Source: Antedon mediterranea (lineage: Eukaryota > Animalia > Echinodermata). Taken from it: a stretch of 64,000 nt of DNA. The notes beneath the pieces are model-generated. The model made no database searches. It saw nothing but the letters and a program-made list of their open reading frames with translations, and was not told where the DNA came from. The position numbers and the translations under genes were made by a program. Positions 63,605-64,000 of this stretch are shown piece after piece; positions within the stretch are counted from its first letter, which is position 1, and the number at the start of each line of letters is the position of its first letter. The stretch covers positions 26,460,795-26,524,794 of the forward strand of contig NC_092670.1 in the NCBI RefSeq assembly GCF_964355755.1, in the 5' to 3' direction.

Positions 63605-64000
63605 TATACAGTTCAAATTACACTTAAACATGGAATTTTCAAAACTCTAAATAATATTTTAACTTCTAAATTAATTGTTTAATAAAATTACATTTTTATT
63701 GGCATTGACATGCACGTTGAAGTACCTGTCCCGCTCATGCACATTTGTCACTTTCTGAGGCGCACCCTAGATTAATAATTCACACAGCACAAAGTCCCAT
63801 TTCCAGTTGATTTTCTAGTTTACAATACAAATATTTCAAAGTAAAGGAATAATCTGTGTATATAAAAATCAATGGCCATAAATAGTTCCGAATTGTATTG
63901 TTGACAATTTGTTTGTTAGAGGCCGGGAAGCGATTTTTTTTAGTACAGAAGTTGGGGGCCACTTATGTGAAAGATAGCCGAACTACTTCCTAAATATAAC

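Overview
Very AT-rich eukaryotic (invertebrate-like; the taxon cannot be determined from the sequence) intronic or intergenic DNA dominated by non-autonomous transposons. It contains PIF/Harbinger MITEs (TTA TSDs), Kolobok-like MITEs (TTAA), Helitron/Helentron (DINE-like) elements, a P-like MITE, palindromic elements, four decayed LINE fragments (RTE, L1/Tx1, CR1-group, Rex1-like), two Deu/Nin-domain tRNA SINEs and three tandem arrays (64, 48 and 38 bp). I found no complete gene, CRISPR array or prokaryotic system. Two, possibly three, short phase-0 ATG-to-donor segments on the minus strand look like alternative first exons of an unidentified host gene. The most notable signals are: (1) excision-footprint-like insertions, namely 5-bp insertions whose removal restores a LINE reading frame and an 18-bp palindrome with a 7-bp TSD; (2) two Harbinger MITEs that retain a Myb/SANT ORF; (3) a DINE-like element sharing its body with a Helitron-like family that has different ends. 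None is demonstrably a new biological system. All family assignments come from structure and remembered motifs, not from database searches.
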